A stretch of DNA of 64,000 nt. Origin: a plasmid. The translations under genes and the position numbers were made by a program. Under the pieces are notes generated by a model, which was given only the letters and a program-made list of their open reading frames with translations, did not search any database and was not told the DNA's origin. The stretch is from the sequence record NZ_CP069398.1; one strand, written 5' to 3'. Shown here in pieces: positions 39,338 to 48,579 of this stretch. Position 1 is the first letter of the stretch. Every line of letters starts with the position of its first letter.

Positions 39338-39430
39338 TTTGTATCATCCTTTCTTTTTGTATCTAATTTAAGTATAAATGATACGTTAAAATTTGTAAAT
39401 AAAAAAACAGTGGGTATTAAGCACTGTTTT

Positions 39431-40069
39431 TTAGCAATTTTTCTCATTTAAAAAATCATTTACTATCAATAAGATAAGAAACCTTATTGATATAGATAAC
39501 TCCCCTGCTCTTTCCTCTATAATATTTCTAATACTTTGAGAAAAAGTTGTATCCAATGTTTCCTTTTCGTTTCCAGAATGATAATTAGCTATTCTTTCTT
39601 TTCTTTTGATAACCCTTAAAGAAATGATTGTATTAATCGATAACGAATATTCATTACAGTAATTTAGAATTTTTTTTTTAGTATCTGAATCAATCCAAAT
39701 TTGTGTTTTTATTCTGTGATTGCCCTCATCTTCTACACCATCAACTAAATTCATCCTGTTATTTTCTAAATATTCTGATACAATCAGTCCTAGAAAAATT
39801 CTTCTAGAAAGACCATATTTATTATGACTATCGATATTATCCAGTAAAATATTATTTATATTTATACTTACTAATTTTGAAATTTTCATGTTATCTTTCA
39901 AATCTTGAATTTTCTCTTTTGTTAATTCTGTTTCTGTGAAAATTTCAGATATAACATAACAGACAATATTAGATAAGGATACACCTATAATTTTGGCTGT
40001 AGACCTTAAAATCTTATCAGCTTCTTCAGTTAATAATAAAGAAGATTTAACTACAGGAGATTTTGTCAT
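39431..40069 (-). CDS. Putative regulator with three tandem ribbon-helix-helix-like modules, first gene of the T4SS operon
   Basis: Three similar segments (TEEADKILRSTAKIIGVSLSNIV; SDTKKKILNYCNEYSLSINTII; EKETLDTTFSQSIRNIIEERAGELSISIRFL), each with a beta-strand/helix pattern typical of RHH/CopG folds. Confidence 0.3.
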   Translation of the reverse strand: MTKSPVVKSSLLLTEEADKILRSTAKIIGVSLSNIVCYVISEIFTETELTKEKIQDLKDNMKISKLVSININNILLDNIDSHNKYGLSRRIFLGLIVSEYLENNRMNLVDGVEDEGNHRIKTQIWIDSDTKKKILNYCNEYSLSINTIISLRVIKRKERIANYHSGNEKETLDTTFSQSIRNIIEERAGELSISIRFLILLIVNDFLNEKNC

Positions 40070-40370
40070 TTCTAACGCCCTCCTTTCTAGGGATAATTTA
40101 CCTTTTTTACAAGCATAAGATATGTTATTATGTACTTATTATCAGTATAAGTGATATAATATTGTTAACACAAGGTATTTTTTGCCTTTGTATTCTTAAT
40201 TAGTCAAGAAATAAAAAAATCCCTGCTTCACCACCCATTTCTCTTGGTTCTCTAGTTTGGCGACTAAACCAAAGAGAAATTGAGAATGTAGTTAACAGAG
40301 ATATCTTTACATTATTATGTGTTTTGATGATTTATATTATACCATCTAAACATATTATTGTGAAGAAATT

Positions 40371-41549
40371 TTGCCTCTGTTTAACTTACATCAAATTTAT
40401 TGGTGTGCAGATAAAATGGAGGTAATTTTTGTGCGGAAGTTAAAAAGAGTTGTCATTAAAGAAGAATTAGTCGAGTTAACAGGTGATTCAGTTAAATCAC
40501 TAATTCTAAGTCAATTCCTTTACTGGACAGATATAATGAACAATTTAGATGAGAAGAAGAAAAGAGACATTGAAGCCTTTGAAAAGATCGGTGAGACCTA
40601 TGAGGCTAATAAACTTAGAAAAGAATTACGAAACGGTTGGTTTTTTAAATCGGCTGCTGAACTTGATGACGAGATTATGATTAGCAAACGCTCAACAATT
40701 GACAGGAAGTTAAAAGAATTGATTGAGCTTCCTTTTATCGAAACTAGAACACCTGATGAAATGGCGAAGACTAATCGAGAAAAAGCTAATCGTTCAACTT
40801 GGTATAGAATTGATTTAAAAATTCTACATAAAGAGTTAAAGAAAATTGGTTATCCTTTAGAAGGCTATTCATTACCAGAAGACGAAGAAAGCCTATCAGA
40901 TAGCATTGCTCAAAATGAGCAATCAGAAAAAACGTTGATAAATAGCATTGCTCATTTTGAGCAATCCACTGCTCATTTTGAGCAATCCACTGCTCAAAAT
41001 GAGCAATCATACAATGTATTACTACAGAATATTACTACAAATACATTAGTAAGTAAGTATGTAGGCGCTAACGCTCAATCTATATTTGAGCTTTATAAAA
41101 AGGACTTTAAACCAACAACACATGCCAAGAATTCTATTGAACTATTTTGTGAAACTTATTCACCTGATTTAGTTGCAGAAGCAATTCAAAGAGCTGTTAT
41201 GAATGAAGCTGATAAGCCAATAGCTTTTATTAAGAAAGTTTTATTTAATTGGCATGAAGCTGGATGCTCAACTGTAGAACAGGTATTAGATCATGAAAAG
41301 AAATTCAAAGAGGAACGGAAAAGAAAGCTTGCTGAAAAGCGAAAAAAGCAGTCTTCAAATAAAAAAATTGTAAGAAAAGAAATGGTACCTGAGTGGCATG
41401 GTAAAAGTAATGAAGAGAATAAAGCCGATGCTAAAGCACACGAAAATATGTCTGATGAAGAGTTTGAGATTGAGAAACGCAAATTACAAGAAGAACTTAA
41501 AGCGTTAAACGCTGAATTGAAAAACAAAGGCAAAGAACAACCTGTTTAA
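40371..41549 (+). CDS. Replication initiator/replisome organiser with a C-terminal DnaD domain
   Basis: DnaD-like C-terminal domain (IFELYKKDFKPTTHAKNSIELFCETYSPDLVAEAIQRAVMNEADKPIAFIKKVLFNWHEAG). Iterons lie inside the gene. A basic K/E-rich tail. The start is uncertain; a GTG at 40432 with RBS AAATGGAGGT is the alternative. Confidence 0.65.
   Translation: MPLFNLHQIYWCADKMEVIFVRKLKRVVIKEELVELTGDSVKSLILSQFLYWTDIMNNLDEKKKRDIEAFEKIGETYEANKLRKELRNGWFFKSAAELDDEIMISKRSTIDRKLKELIELPFIETRTPDEMAKTNREKANRSTWYRIDLKILHKELKKIGYPLEGYSLPEDEESLSDSIAQNEQSEKTLINSIAHFEQSTAHFEQSTAQNEQSYNVLLQNITTNTLVSKYVGANAQSIFELYKKDFKPTTHAKNSIELFCETYSPDLVAEAIQRAVMNEADKPIAFIKKVLFNWHEAGCSTVEQVLDHEKKFKEERKRKLAEKRKKQSSNKKIVRKEMVPEWHGKSNEENKADAKAHENMSDEEFEIEKRKLQEELKALNAELKNKGKEQPV
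40902..41008 (+). repeat. Iteron array (candidate replication origin) inside the rep gene
   Basis: Four 21-23-bp repeats, each containing a dyad TTGCTCA(AAAT/TTTT)GAGCAA: agcattgctcaaaatgagcaatc; agcattgctcattttgagcaatcc; actgctcattttgagcaatcc; actgctcaaaatgagcaatc. Confidence 0.65.
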
Positions 41550-42145
41550 TAGCACCTAGACTTTTCAGACTGCCCCCAAATTAATTTTTAAAAGTTTCAT
41601 ATATAAAGGGTTATAAAAGTCAAATGAAGCTAAAATGAAGCGTTATAAGATTTATGAAGGTTTATGAGTTTCTATTCAACACATCATGTATCCAGTGGGG
41701 AACGCCCATGCTTAATCGAGAATGCGCTATATCACATTTTCGATACATGATGGACGATTCCGCCACTCGCTACCTCGTTAGGCTTGTTTGATGCTCACTC
41801 GGAATGTAGTAGACGGTTTGGCCACGCTAACGCTATATACGGCAAGTTTATATAGTGTTGGCTTTTTATATAGAAAAGCCGTATTAATTGCTCGAAAGAA
41901 CAATCTATTTGTTTTTTAGCTGCTTAAGCAGGTTAATAATCCTTTGGTTTGTCATCTTTTAATATACAATTTCACATGTCATTTAGGATAATGCGGATTG
42001 AAAGGAAAACTGATATCACCCAAGAGGACTTATATAAAATAGTGTATATTTATCTGTTAAAAACCATATCAAGCGTTGGTATGGTTTTTGGACTTTTTAT
42101 AATAGTTATCTGAATGTAAATTCTATTCAGAATATTCTGTATAAC

Positions 42146-42231
42146 GTTGAACTTAAGTTCAACTTAAGGGGTTCTTGGTGAAAACACTTAGTGAGGGAGT
42201 TTAACTTAATTCAACTTTAAGTTAAACTTAA
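42146..42231. repeat. Repeated GTTGAACTTAAGTTCAACTTAAG / TTAACTTAATTCAACTTTAAGTTAAACTTAA motifs, candidate oriT or operator
   Basis: Two imperfect palindromic repeat blocks about 35 bp apart, 140-220 bp upstream of the MerR-like gene, in the rep-relaxase interval. Confidence 0.4.
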
Positions 42232-42368
42232 TAGATTTATTGTTAATTGGTTATTTTAATTAATTGATAAATTTATTTCTTGAAACGAGTATTATAGTTC
42301 AAAAGACGTTACAGGAATTTTTCATTTATTGTAGAATGGAGTTTGTGTGAACGCGAGGGGGAACGCTT

Positions 42369-42944
42369 ATGAATGAGAAAGGAACAACGGAAAGAGCCTA
42401 TTGGACTAAGGAAATAGCAGATGTATTGCAGATATCTAATAGTACTTTGAGGAAATGGTGCCTAGCGCTAGAGAACGCAGGATACATTTTTGATAGAGGA
42501 GCTAATAATAGCCGCGTTTTTTACGATAAGGATATGTTGCTAATAAGAAGGCTAAAAGAGCTAGTTCAATATAAAAAAATGGCGCTTGATACGTCGGCAA
42601 ACCTTGTTGTATCAACGTTAGAAGGTGCAAGGCGAACAGCAGGCGTTCGCGAAGAGAACAGCGATAATTCGAGTGCTCCTATGAAACCTATGAACGCTCA
42701 AGAACACGTTCTTATTGGTGAAGTATTAGATAGACTTGAACGTATGGAGGAATTCAATAAGCAGCTTATATCAAGGTTAGAAGAAAGAGATAAGTATATA
42801 CAAGAACAGCTTCATAAGCGTGACGAACGCATGATAACGTCGTTACGCGAAATGATGGAAGCAAAAAAGGAAATTGCAGCAAGTGAAAAGGCGGAAAAAG
42901 AAGAAAAGAAAGGTTTTTGGCAACGGCTTTTCAACAGACCTTAA
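42369..42944 (+). CDS. MerR-like HTH domain protein with a C-terminal coiled coil (plasmid regulator/accessory protein)
   Basis: N-terminal YWTKEIADVLQISNSTLRKWCLALENAGYIF is a MerR-type HTH. The C-terminus is an E/K-rich coiled coil. Confidence 0.45.
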   Translation: MNEKGTTERAYWTKEIADVLQISNSTLRKWCLALENAGYIFDRGANNSRVFYDKDMLLIRRLKELVQYKKMALDTSANLVVSTLEGARRTAGVREENSDNSSAPMKPMNAQEHVLIGEVLDRLERMEEFNKQLISRLEERDKYIQEQLHKRDERMITSLREMMEAKKEIAASEKAEKEEKKGFWQRLFNRP

Positions 42945-43287
42945 CAGCAGAAATAATCCGCCTTTAGGCGGTCTTAATAGCCTTTAGGCTTTATGTTTTT
43001 TCTTATAAAAAAATAAAAGAAGAGTGCTTCTTATAGCTCTCTTCTAAATAAATTATCTGTTGGATTTTTGGTTATCTGATGTAATTTTAGGAGTTGAATC
43101 ACTTGATGCTTTCTCTGAGGGGTTCTTCATTTGATTTTGGATCTAGGGCTTCTTCTAAACAATGTGCGCACAATACATTAAATATGTTTTTAGGTTCCTT
43201 TTCACCACATTTTTTGCATTTCTCAATAAGTGTAAACTCCATTAAAATCCCTATCCTTTGTTTTTAGTATTCTAGCTACCTTTAAGT

Positions 43288-44007
43288 CTAATTTAGTTCT
43301 ACTTCATCTTCTAAAACGGTAAATTCCACATCGAGAATTTCTTCAATTTCTTTTTCAATACGATGATCTAAAACAGTATTAAATGTATCCAATACTCCAA
43401 ATGCTAATTCAGGATTTTCTACTTCCTGGCTAAGTTGTTCAATTACAATTTTAGTATCATCTGCATGACTGTCAATTACTTGATGACCGACAAAAAATGT
43501 TCCTCTTTCAGTTTCATAAACATTCATTTCAACTATATCTGATGTAAGTAAATAACGGTTATCAAATTCAACATTTTCAACTGATTGTTTAGCTACAATT
43601 TCACTATCAGCCACTGTGAAAACAATTCGTTCAGAATCCAAAGGAACTGGATAGAGATTCGCGGGTGCAAAAACTGGTTCTTCTAATTTGAAAAAATCTT
43701 TATGTTGCATTTCATTTTTATTTTCGTGCTCTGGATGGATAATCATTTCTCTTTTTGGAACAATCATCGGATATTGACCTTGTGGAAAATACTCTAATCG
43801 TTTTTGGTTTTTTAATTTATCGAGAGTGGTATTTACATATTGCTTCGCTGATTTGCTATCAAGGTCAAACTTATCTTTTATTTTTTCTTCGACTTCATTG
43901 ACAGGTTGGAGTTTTCTTTTTTGAAGCATCTTCATAATAATAGCTTCTGTAATGGCTTCTATATTTCTCTTTACTTGCTCCGATATTCCAGTAGAATTAT
44001 GGCGCAT
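43288..44007 (-). CDS. Hypothetical protein (239 aa, acidic)
   Basis: Clean ORF, no motifs. Confidence 0.35.
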   Translation of the reverse strand: MRHNSTGISEQVKRNIEAITEAIIMKMLQKRKLQPVNEVEEKIKDKFDLDSKSAKQYVNTTLDKLKNQKRLEYFPQGQYPMIVPKREMIIHPEHENKNEMQHKDFFKLEEPVFAPANLYPVPLDSERIVFTVADSEIVAKQSVENVEFDNRYLLTSDIVEMNVYETERGTFFVGHQVIDSHADDTKIVIEQLSQEVENPELAFGVLDTFNTVLDHRIEKEIEEILDVEFTVLEDEVELN

Positions 44008-44010
44008 CTT

Positions 44011-44586
44011 TTACACTCCTTCTTCTTCATTATCGTTTCTTTCGCTAAGTAAAATATAATCCTTATTTATTCGTTTTTGTGCTTTCACCATATCTCCAAA
44101 TTGAATAGCAACTTGTTCAGCTTCTTCTTGACCAGTAATATCAAAATACTTTTCAAAAATCGCTCCAACCTGTACAAGTCTTCTTGTTCTCTCTCTACGT
44201 TCTTTTTCTTTTGCTCTTTGTTTTAATTCTTTCTCTTGTTTTAAAAGCTTTGTTTTTTGTTCTTCAATTTTTTTAAGTTTTTCTTCAATAGTTGGCATAT
44301 AAAACAGTCCTTTCAATTCATTTTTTATTTTTTTGTTTTTGGTATTTTGAACTTTGGTTTTTATTAGACAGAAAATTAAGATAAACCAATTATACCATTT
44401 GATGGAATAAAAATATAGTGTTATAATGGTCACTATAGAAGATAGTGCGCACTTATACATTGTTTCAATGTGTGCGGTTGCTTCGCAACAAAAACGAAAA
44501 AAGAAAATACAAAAGATAAATATAGTCCTCGCTACGATGCGGTGTTGCTTGAAGAGTCTAAAAAAAGGGGGTAAGAATAATGGCAA
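44011..44586 (-). CDS. Hypothetical protein with an N-terminal TM and a C-terminal coiled coil
   Basis: 191-aa ORF. The start is probably downstream of the annotated Met. Confidence 0.3.
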   Translation of the reverse strand: MPLFLPPFFRLFKQHRIVARTIFIFCIFFFRFCCEATAHIETMYKCALSSIVTIITLYFYSIKWYNWFILIFCLIKTKVQNTKNKKIKNELKGLFYMPTIEEKLKKIEEQKTKLLKQEKELKQRAKEKERRERTRRLVQVGAIFEKYFDITGQEEAEQVAIQFGDMVKAQKRINKDYILLSERNDNEEEGV

Positions 44587-46601
44587 TTTATCACTATAAC
44601 ATGCAAATGATTAAAAGGTCAGAAGGAAGAAATGCAGTTGCTTGTGCAGCTTATCGTTCTGGCGAAACGTTAGTTGATGAATCAACAGGATTTACAAAAG
44701 ATTATCCAAGAGACGTTCAACCAATTGCTTTTATTCTTGCTCCTGAAAATGCTCCGAAATGGGTTTATGACCGTCAGAAATTATGGAGTGAAGTTGAGAA
44801 AGTTGAAAAGAGAAAAGACTCGCAACTTGCACGTGAGATTAATATTGCATTACCAGTTGAATTATCTAATGAACAACAAGAAAAATTAGTGCGTGAATTT
44901 GTATCTGATAATTTTGTTTCCAATGGAATGATTGCAGATGTTGCAATTCATAGAGACGATATTAATAATCCGCATTTTCATGTTATGCTTACAACTCGTC
45001 ATATTGATGAGAACGGATTCGGTAAAAAAGCAAGAGAATGGAATCCTAGTTTTAAGAATGTACAGAACGGAAGAGGTTTTGTTGCTGAAACTAATACAAT
45101 TATTCATGCTCGTGAAATGTGGGCTAAGTATGCTAATCAATCTTTAGCTGATGCTGGTATTGAACAACGTATTACGCATTTGAAATTAGAGGATGGGACG
45201 TTGAAATTAATTCCTACAAAACACTTAGGACCGACTGCAAACGCGATGGAAAAACGAGGTATTAAAACAGATGTTGGTGATCTGAATCGCGAAATCAAAA
45301 AACATAATGCTGAGGTTCTATCTTTCCATGAAAGAAAGAAAGAACTTGAAAAGGAAAAAAAGCAGCAGCGTGAATTTGATTCTTTAACACCAGATGAAAA
45401 AGTAGCGATTAAAAACGCTGCTAAAGAAATGAAAAAATATGTTGATTACGATATTTGTAATGAGCGTCTTGAACAATTAAATAACTGGGAGACTTCTGTA
45501 GAACGTAAGCTTTCACTAAATCCTAATGACATCAATTTAAATAAGCAATTGAAAACAATCCATGAGCAACGTAAAGTTGTAAAAAATGCCATGAAGGCAT
45601 TTGAAAATGAGGCTAATAGATATTTAATTGCTAAGTTTGATGCATCTTTAGTAAATGAATTTACTCCTGATGAACAACGTTATATTTATGACTATATTCA
45701 GAAATATGGAGAAGTTGAGGAGTCAAATTTAAAACATATTGTTGCTCGTTATGATGATGAACAATCTTTAAAGTCTGTCTCTAAATTTATGAAACAAGAT
45801 GTTACTTATGATTCTTTAAAGACTGAAATAGATAAATTGCATTTATGGAAAAATTCTATTGACCGGAAGCAAGCAGAATTAATTACAGCCTATGAAAATT
45901 CGAGTAACAAGGAAATGTTTGAAAAAGATCATTCCCAAGAGTTTAAAGATGTTTTTGCTCAAGAAGAATCTTATGAAAAGAAAAAGATTATTATTGAAAA
46001 AGCATTTGAGGTTTTAGAAAGACAAATGATTATGAAATTCGCTTTGGTATACCCTGAGTATCCGTATATTTCAGATATGAAACCGGAAGCAGCTAAACAC
46101 ATTCTAGACTTAAATGCATACTACGGAAAAACAATTCCTTTAAATGAAATTAGTAATATTCAGAATCAACCTAGATTTACATTTGATGAAAGAAAAGAAA
46201 TTCATGAGTCTATCCAGGAGCTAAAAGAAGTGCAAAAAATGATTCGTTCCTTTAGCAAAGAAGATAGCCCAGAAGCACAAGAGAATTTACCATTATTACA
46301 GTCTTATTCTACACAACAAAAAGAAGCGTTCTTGGCGAAATACGATATAGATATTACTGATCCTGTATTTATACGCCTGTTCATGGAAGAATGTAAACAT
46401 CAAAGAGATCCGTTTATCGAGATAGATGGCCTAACATATTTAGATAACAATACAAATAATCCTCTAATGTCAAACAACATTTTAGGTGATATTATAACAG
46501 CCCTAGAACAAGCTGAACGTGATGCAGACCAACGTGCTCAAGAAAGACAACGCATGGGTAAAGGTAGAGGGAAACGTAGAAATATTGGTTTAGACCTATA
46601 A
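44580..46601 (+). CDS. MobA/MobL-family (MOBQ) relaxase
   Basis: N-terminal MAIYHYNMQMIKRSEGRNAVACAAYRSGE is the conserved MobA/MobL start with the catalytic Tyr region. Histidine triad HFHVML. 673 aa with a coiled-coil C-terminus. Confidence 0.8.
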   Translation: MAIYHYNMQMIKRSEGRNAVACAAYRSGETLVDESTGFTKDYPRDVQPIAFILAPENAPKWVYDRQKLWSEVEKVEKRKDSQLAREINIALPVELSNEQQEKLVREFVSDNFVSNGMIADVAIHRDDINNPHFHVMLTTRHIDENGFGKKAREWNPSFKNVQNGRGFVAETNTIIHAREMWAKYANQSLADAGIEQRITHLKLEDGTLKLIPTKHLGPTANAMEKRGIKTDVGDLNREIKKHNAEVLSFHERKKELEKEKKQQREFDSLTPDEKVAIKNAAKEMKKYVDYDICNERLEQLNNWETSVERKLSLNPNDINLNKQLKTIHEQRKVVKNAMKAFENEANRYLIAKFDASLVNEFTPDEQRYIYDYIQKYGEVEESNLKHIVARYDDEQSLKSVSKFMKQDVTYDSLKTEIDKLHLWKNSIDRKQAELITAYENSSNKEMFEKDHSQEFKDVFAQEESYEKKKIIIEKAFEVLERQMIMKFALVYPEYPYISDMKPEAAKHILDLNAYYGKTIPLNEISNIQNQPRFTFDERKEIHESIQELKEVQKMIRSFSKEDSPEAQENLPLLQSYSTQQKEAFLAKYDIDITDPVFIRLFMEECKHQRDPFIEIDGLTYLDNNTNNPLMSNNILGDIITALEQAERDADQRAQERQRMGKGRGKRRNIGLDL

Positions 46602-46621
46602 TGAAAAAGAGGTGAACTGTA

Positions 46622-47017
46622 TTGTTTGCTATAAAAAAGATAATTGTATGCTTTTGGTTTCCACTCCTTCTGGGAGTGGTCACCTTAATTAGTGTCTATC
46701 AGCTGCTAGGTTATGATTTTAATGGTGTACGTTTCACCCATGAAGAAAAAATGTTTTTAGGCAAAAAAGCAGCGTCTTGGGTTTTTTGTATCCCATTTGG
46801 ATATCGGGTTATCAATTATCTAATGAGTAAATTAGTAACAGGAATTTGGATTGTAAATGGATTCGTTTTAATTTTCTGGTGGTTATTCAAACTTTCAATT
46901 TCAGTAATGTTTGCTCCATTTTTCTTTGCTGTGTATCTAATAGCATTTATTTATAATAACATCTCTTTGTTTATAACTAATCACAAAAAAACTAGAGTAA
47001 CACAACGGCAGTTTTAA
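46622..47017 (+). CDS. Small polytopic membrane protein
   Basis: 131 aa with 3-4 TM helices. Confidence 0.35.
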   Translation: MFAIKKIIVCFWFPLLLGVVTLISVYQLLGYDFNGVRFTHEEKMFLGKKAASWVFCIPFGYRVINYLMSKLVTGIWIVNGFVLIFWWLFKLSISVMFAPFFFAVYLIAFIYNNISLFITNHKKTRVTQRQF

Positions 47018-47116
47018 CGATTGCTGTGTATTTACAGTTATAAATAGAATAATTAATGCACCTATTGATAGTGCTTCTGATCAGAAAAAAGGAATTATAA
47101 ACGGGAGGATTTAAAA

Positions 47117-47398
47117 ATGAAATCAACAGGTATTGTACGAAAAGTAGATGAGTTAGGGCGTGTCGTGATTCCAATTGAATTAAGAAAGGTTCTTAGCATT
47201 AAGGAGAAAGACCCTGTGGAAATATTTGTTAATGAAGATCAAATTATTCTAAAGAAATATACGCCTTACAATGAATGCGTTGTAACAGGTGAAATCACTC
47301 CTCAAAATAAGCAATATGCAAACGGGATAGTATTAAGCCCTAGAGGTGCGGAGATTTTAAAACATGAGATAGAATTTAAGTATGGTATAAAAGCTTGA
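47117..47398 (+). CDS. AbrB-family transition-state regulator (paralog 2, 93 aa)
   Basis: About 75% identical to the ORF at 132..413. The 140-bp 3' region is also conserved (hairpin AAGGCTTG-A-CCTTGATAAATC plus terminator). Confidence 0.85.
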   Translation: MKSTGIVRKVDELGRVVIPIELRKVLSIKEKDPVEIFVNEDQIILKKYTPYNECVVTGEITPQNKQYANGIVLSPRGAEILKHEIEFKYGIKA

Positions 47399-47500
47399 TT
47401 TATACAGGATTTTATACAGTACGGGTCATTTGTAAAAGGCTTGGAACCTTGATAAATCAACGATGTATAAAATCGTGCATAAATGATAAATTTTAGTGTA

Positions 47501-47540
47501 GCGCTATCTCTTGTCGCCCAAGGGATAGCGTTTTTGTTTG
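47501..47540 (+). terminator. Rho-independent terminator of abrB paralog 2
   Basis: gcgctatctc...gggatagcg followed by tttttgttt. Homologous in position to the terminator at 516..556. Confidence 0.6.
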
Positions 47541-47667
47541 GTTCCGTGAAGAGTGTTTATGTAAACTAGGATTGTATATGATATACAACCCTAGTTTTAT
47601 GAAAAATAAGGTGTTTAATATTCAGTTAAATGGTAAAATTGTTTTATTTTAGAAAAGAGGAAATGAT

Positions 47668-48420
47668 ATGTTAAGTTATAAAGATAGTACGAGAACTATA
47701 AAAGATAGTGGAACTGATACAGTAGTGATTCCAGTCGGTGCAACGGAACAGTTCGGTCCCTACCTCCCAATGCACTTAGATACACTAATAGCAGATCTCT
47801 ATGCAGAAGCTTACGGTAATGAGTTAAATGCTTATATATTGCCAACGCTACCTTTTAATACTTCAGAGGAACATGCCGCCTTTAAAGGGACTGTTACAGT
47901 AAGTCCTAATACGTTAACTGCCATGCTTGAAGAGATTATAGTCAATTTAACACGCCAGGGCTTTACTAAGTTTGTTATTTGTACGGGACATGGTGGAGCG
48001 TATTGGGAATCGGCTTTTGTTAAACACATCAACTTTAAGTACCCAAATATTATTTTAATTGCACCTAATCATAATACTAATAAAGCTTGGAACGAAGCTA
48101 TAAAGAAGGCTGAACTTGAGGGCCTCAATGAAATTCATGGTGGACTACTGTCTGTATGTACAGCAATGTGGTTGTGCCCAGAGTTAGTTACATTAGAATC
48201 AATGGGTTCTAATATACCTAGTGAGAACCTTACATACGCTGATTATTTAACATGGGATAAATTAACTGAGGATGGCTGCTGGGGAAGTTTTGACCTTGGA
48301 AGTCATTCACCAGAGCAATTGAGGAAAAAAGGCGAAACTTTTTGGACTACGTTTATCTCCAAAAGAAGTCAAGGACTAAAGGAAATACTAGAAACTGCTT
48401 ATCACAAAAAGCTCCTATAA
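47668..48420 (+). CDS. Creatininase-family amidohydrolase
   Basis: VIPVGATEQFGPYLPMHLDT matches the creatininase motif (IGSTEQHGPHLP). Confidence 0.65.
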   Translation: MLSYKDSTRTIKDSGTDTVVIPVGATEQFGPYLPMHLDTLIADLYAEAYGNELNAYILPTLPFNTSEEHAAFKGTVTVSPNTLTAMLEEIIVNLTRQGFTKFVICTGHGGAYWESAFVKHINFKYPNIILIAPNHNTNKAWNEAIKKAELEGLNEIHGGLLSVCTAMWLCPELVTLESMGSNIPSENLTYADYLTWDKLTEDGCWGSFDLGSHSPEQLRKKGETFWTTFISKRSQGLKEILETAYHKKLL

Positions 48421-48579
48421 CATTGAAAAAAGCCTTATTATAAGGCTTTTTTGCTACCTATAATGTGGATTATGGTAACTAAAGATGTATGAAATATACA
48501 ACGTTATTAAGCGCTCCTAAACATGCTTTATGGTATTATCTCTTGTATGTAATGGTTTATATATCCAGTAAAGAAAGGA

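Noticed and set aside
40902-41008. Possible CRISPR array (short direct repeats)
   Set aside because: The repeats are only about 22 bp, contiguous without spacers, in-frame inside a rep gene and carry internal dyads. These are iterons, not CRISPR repeats. No cas genes are present in the window.
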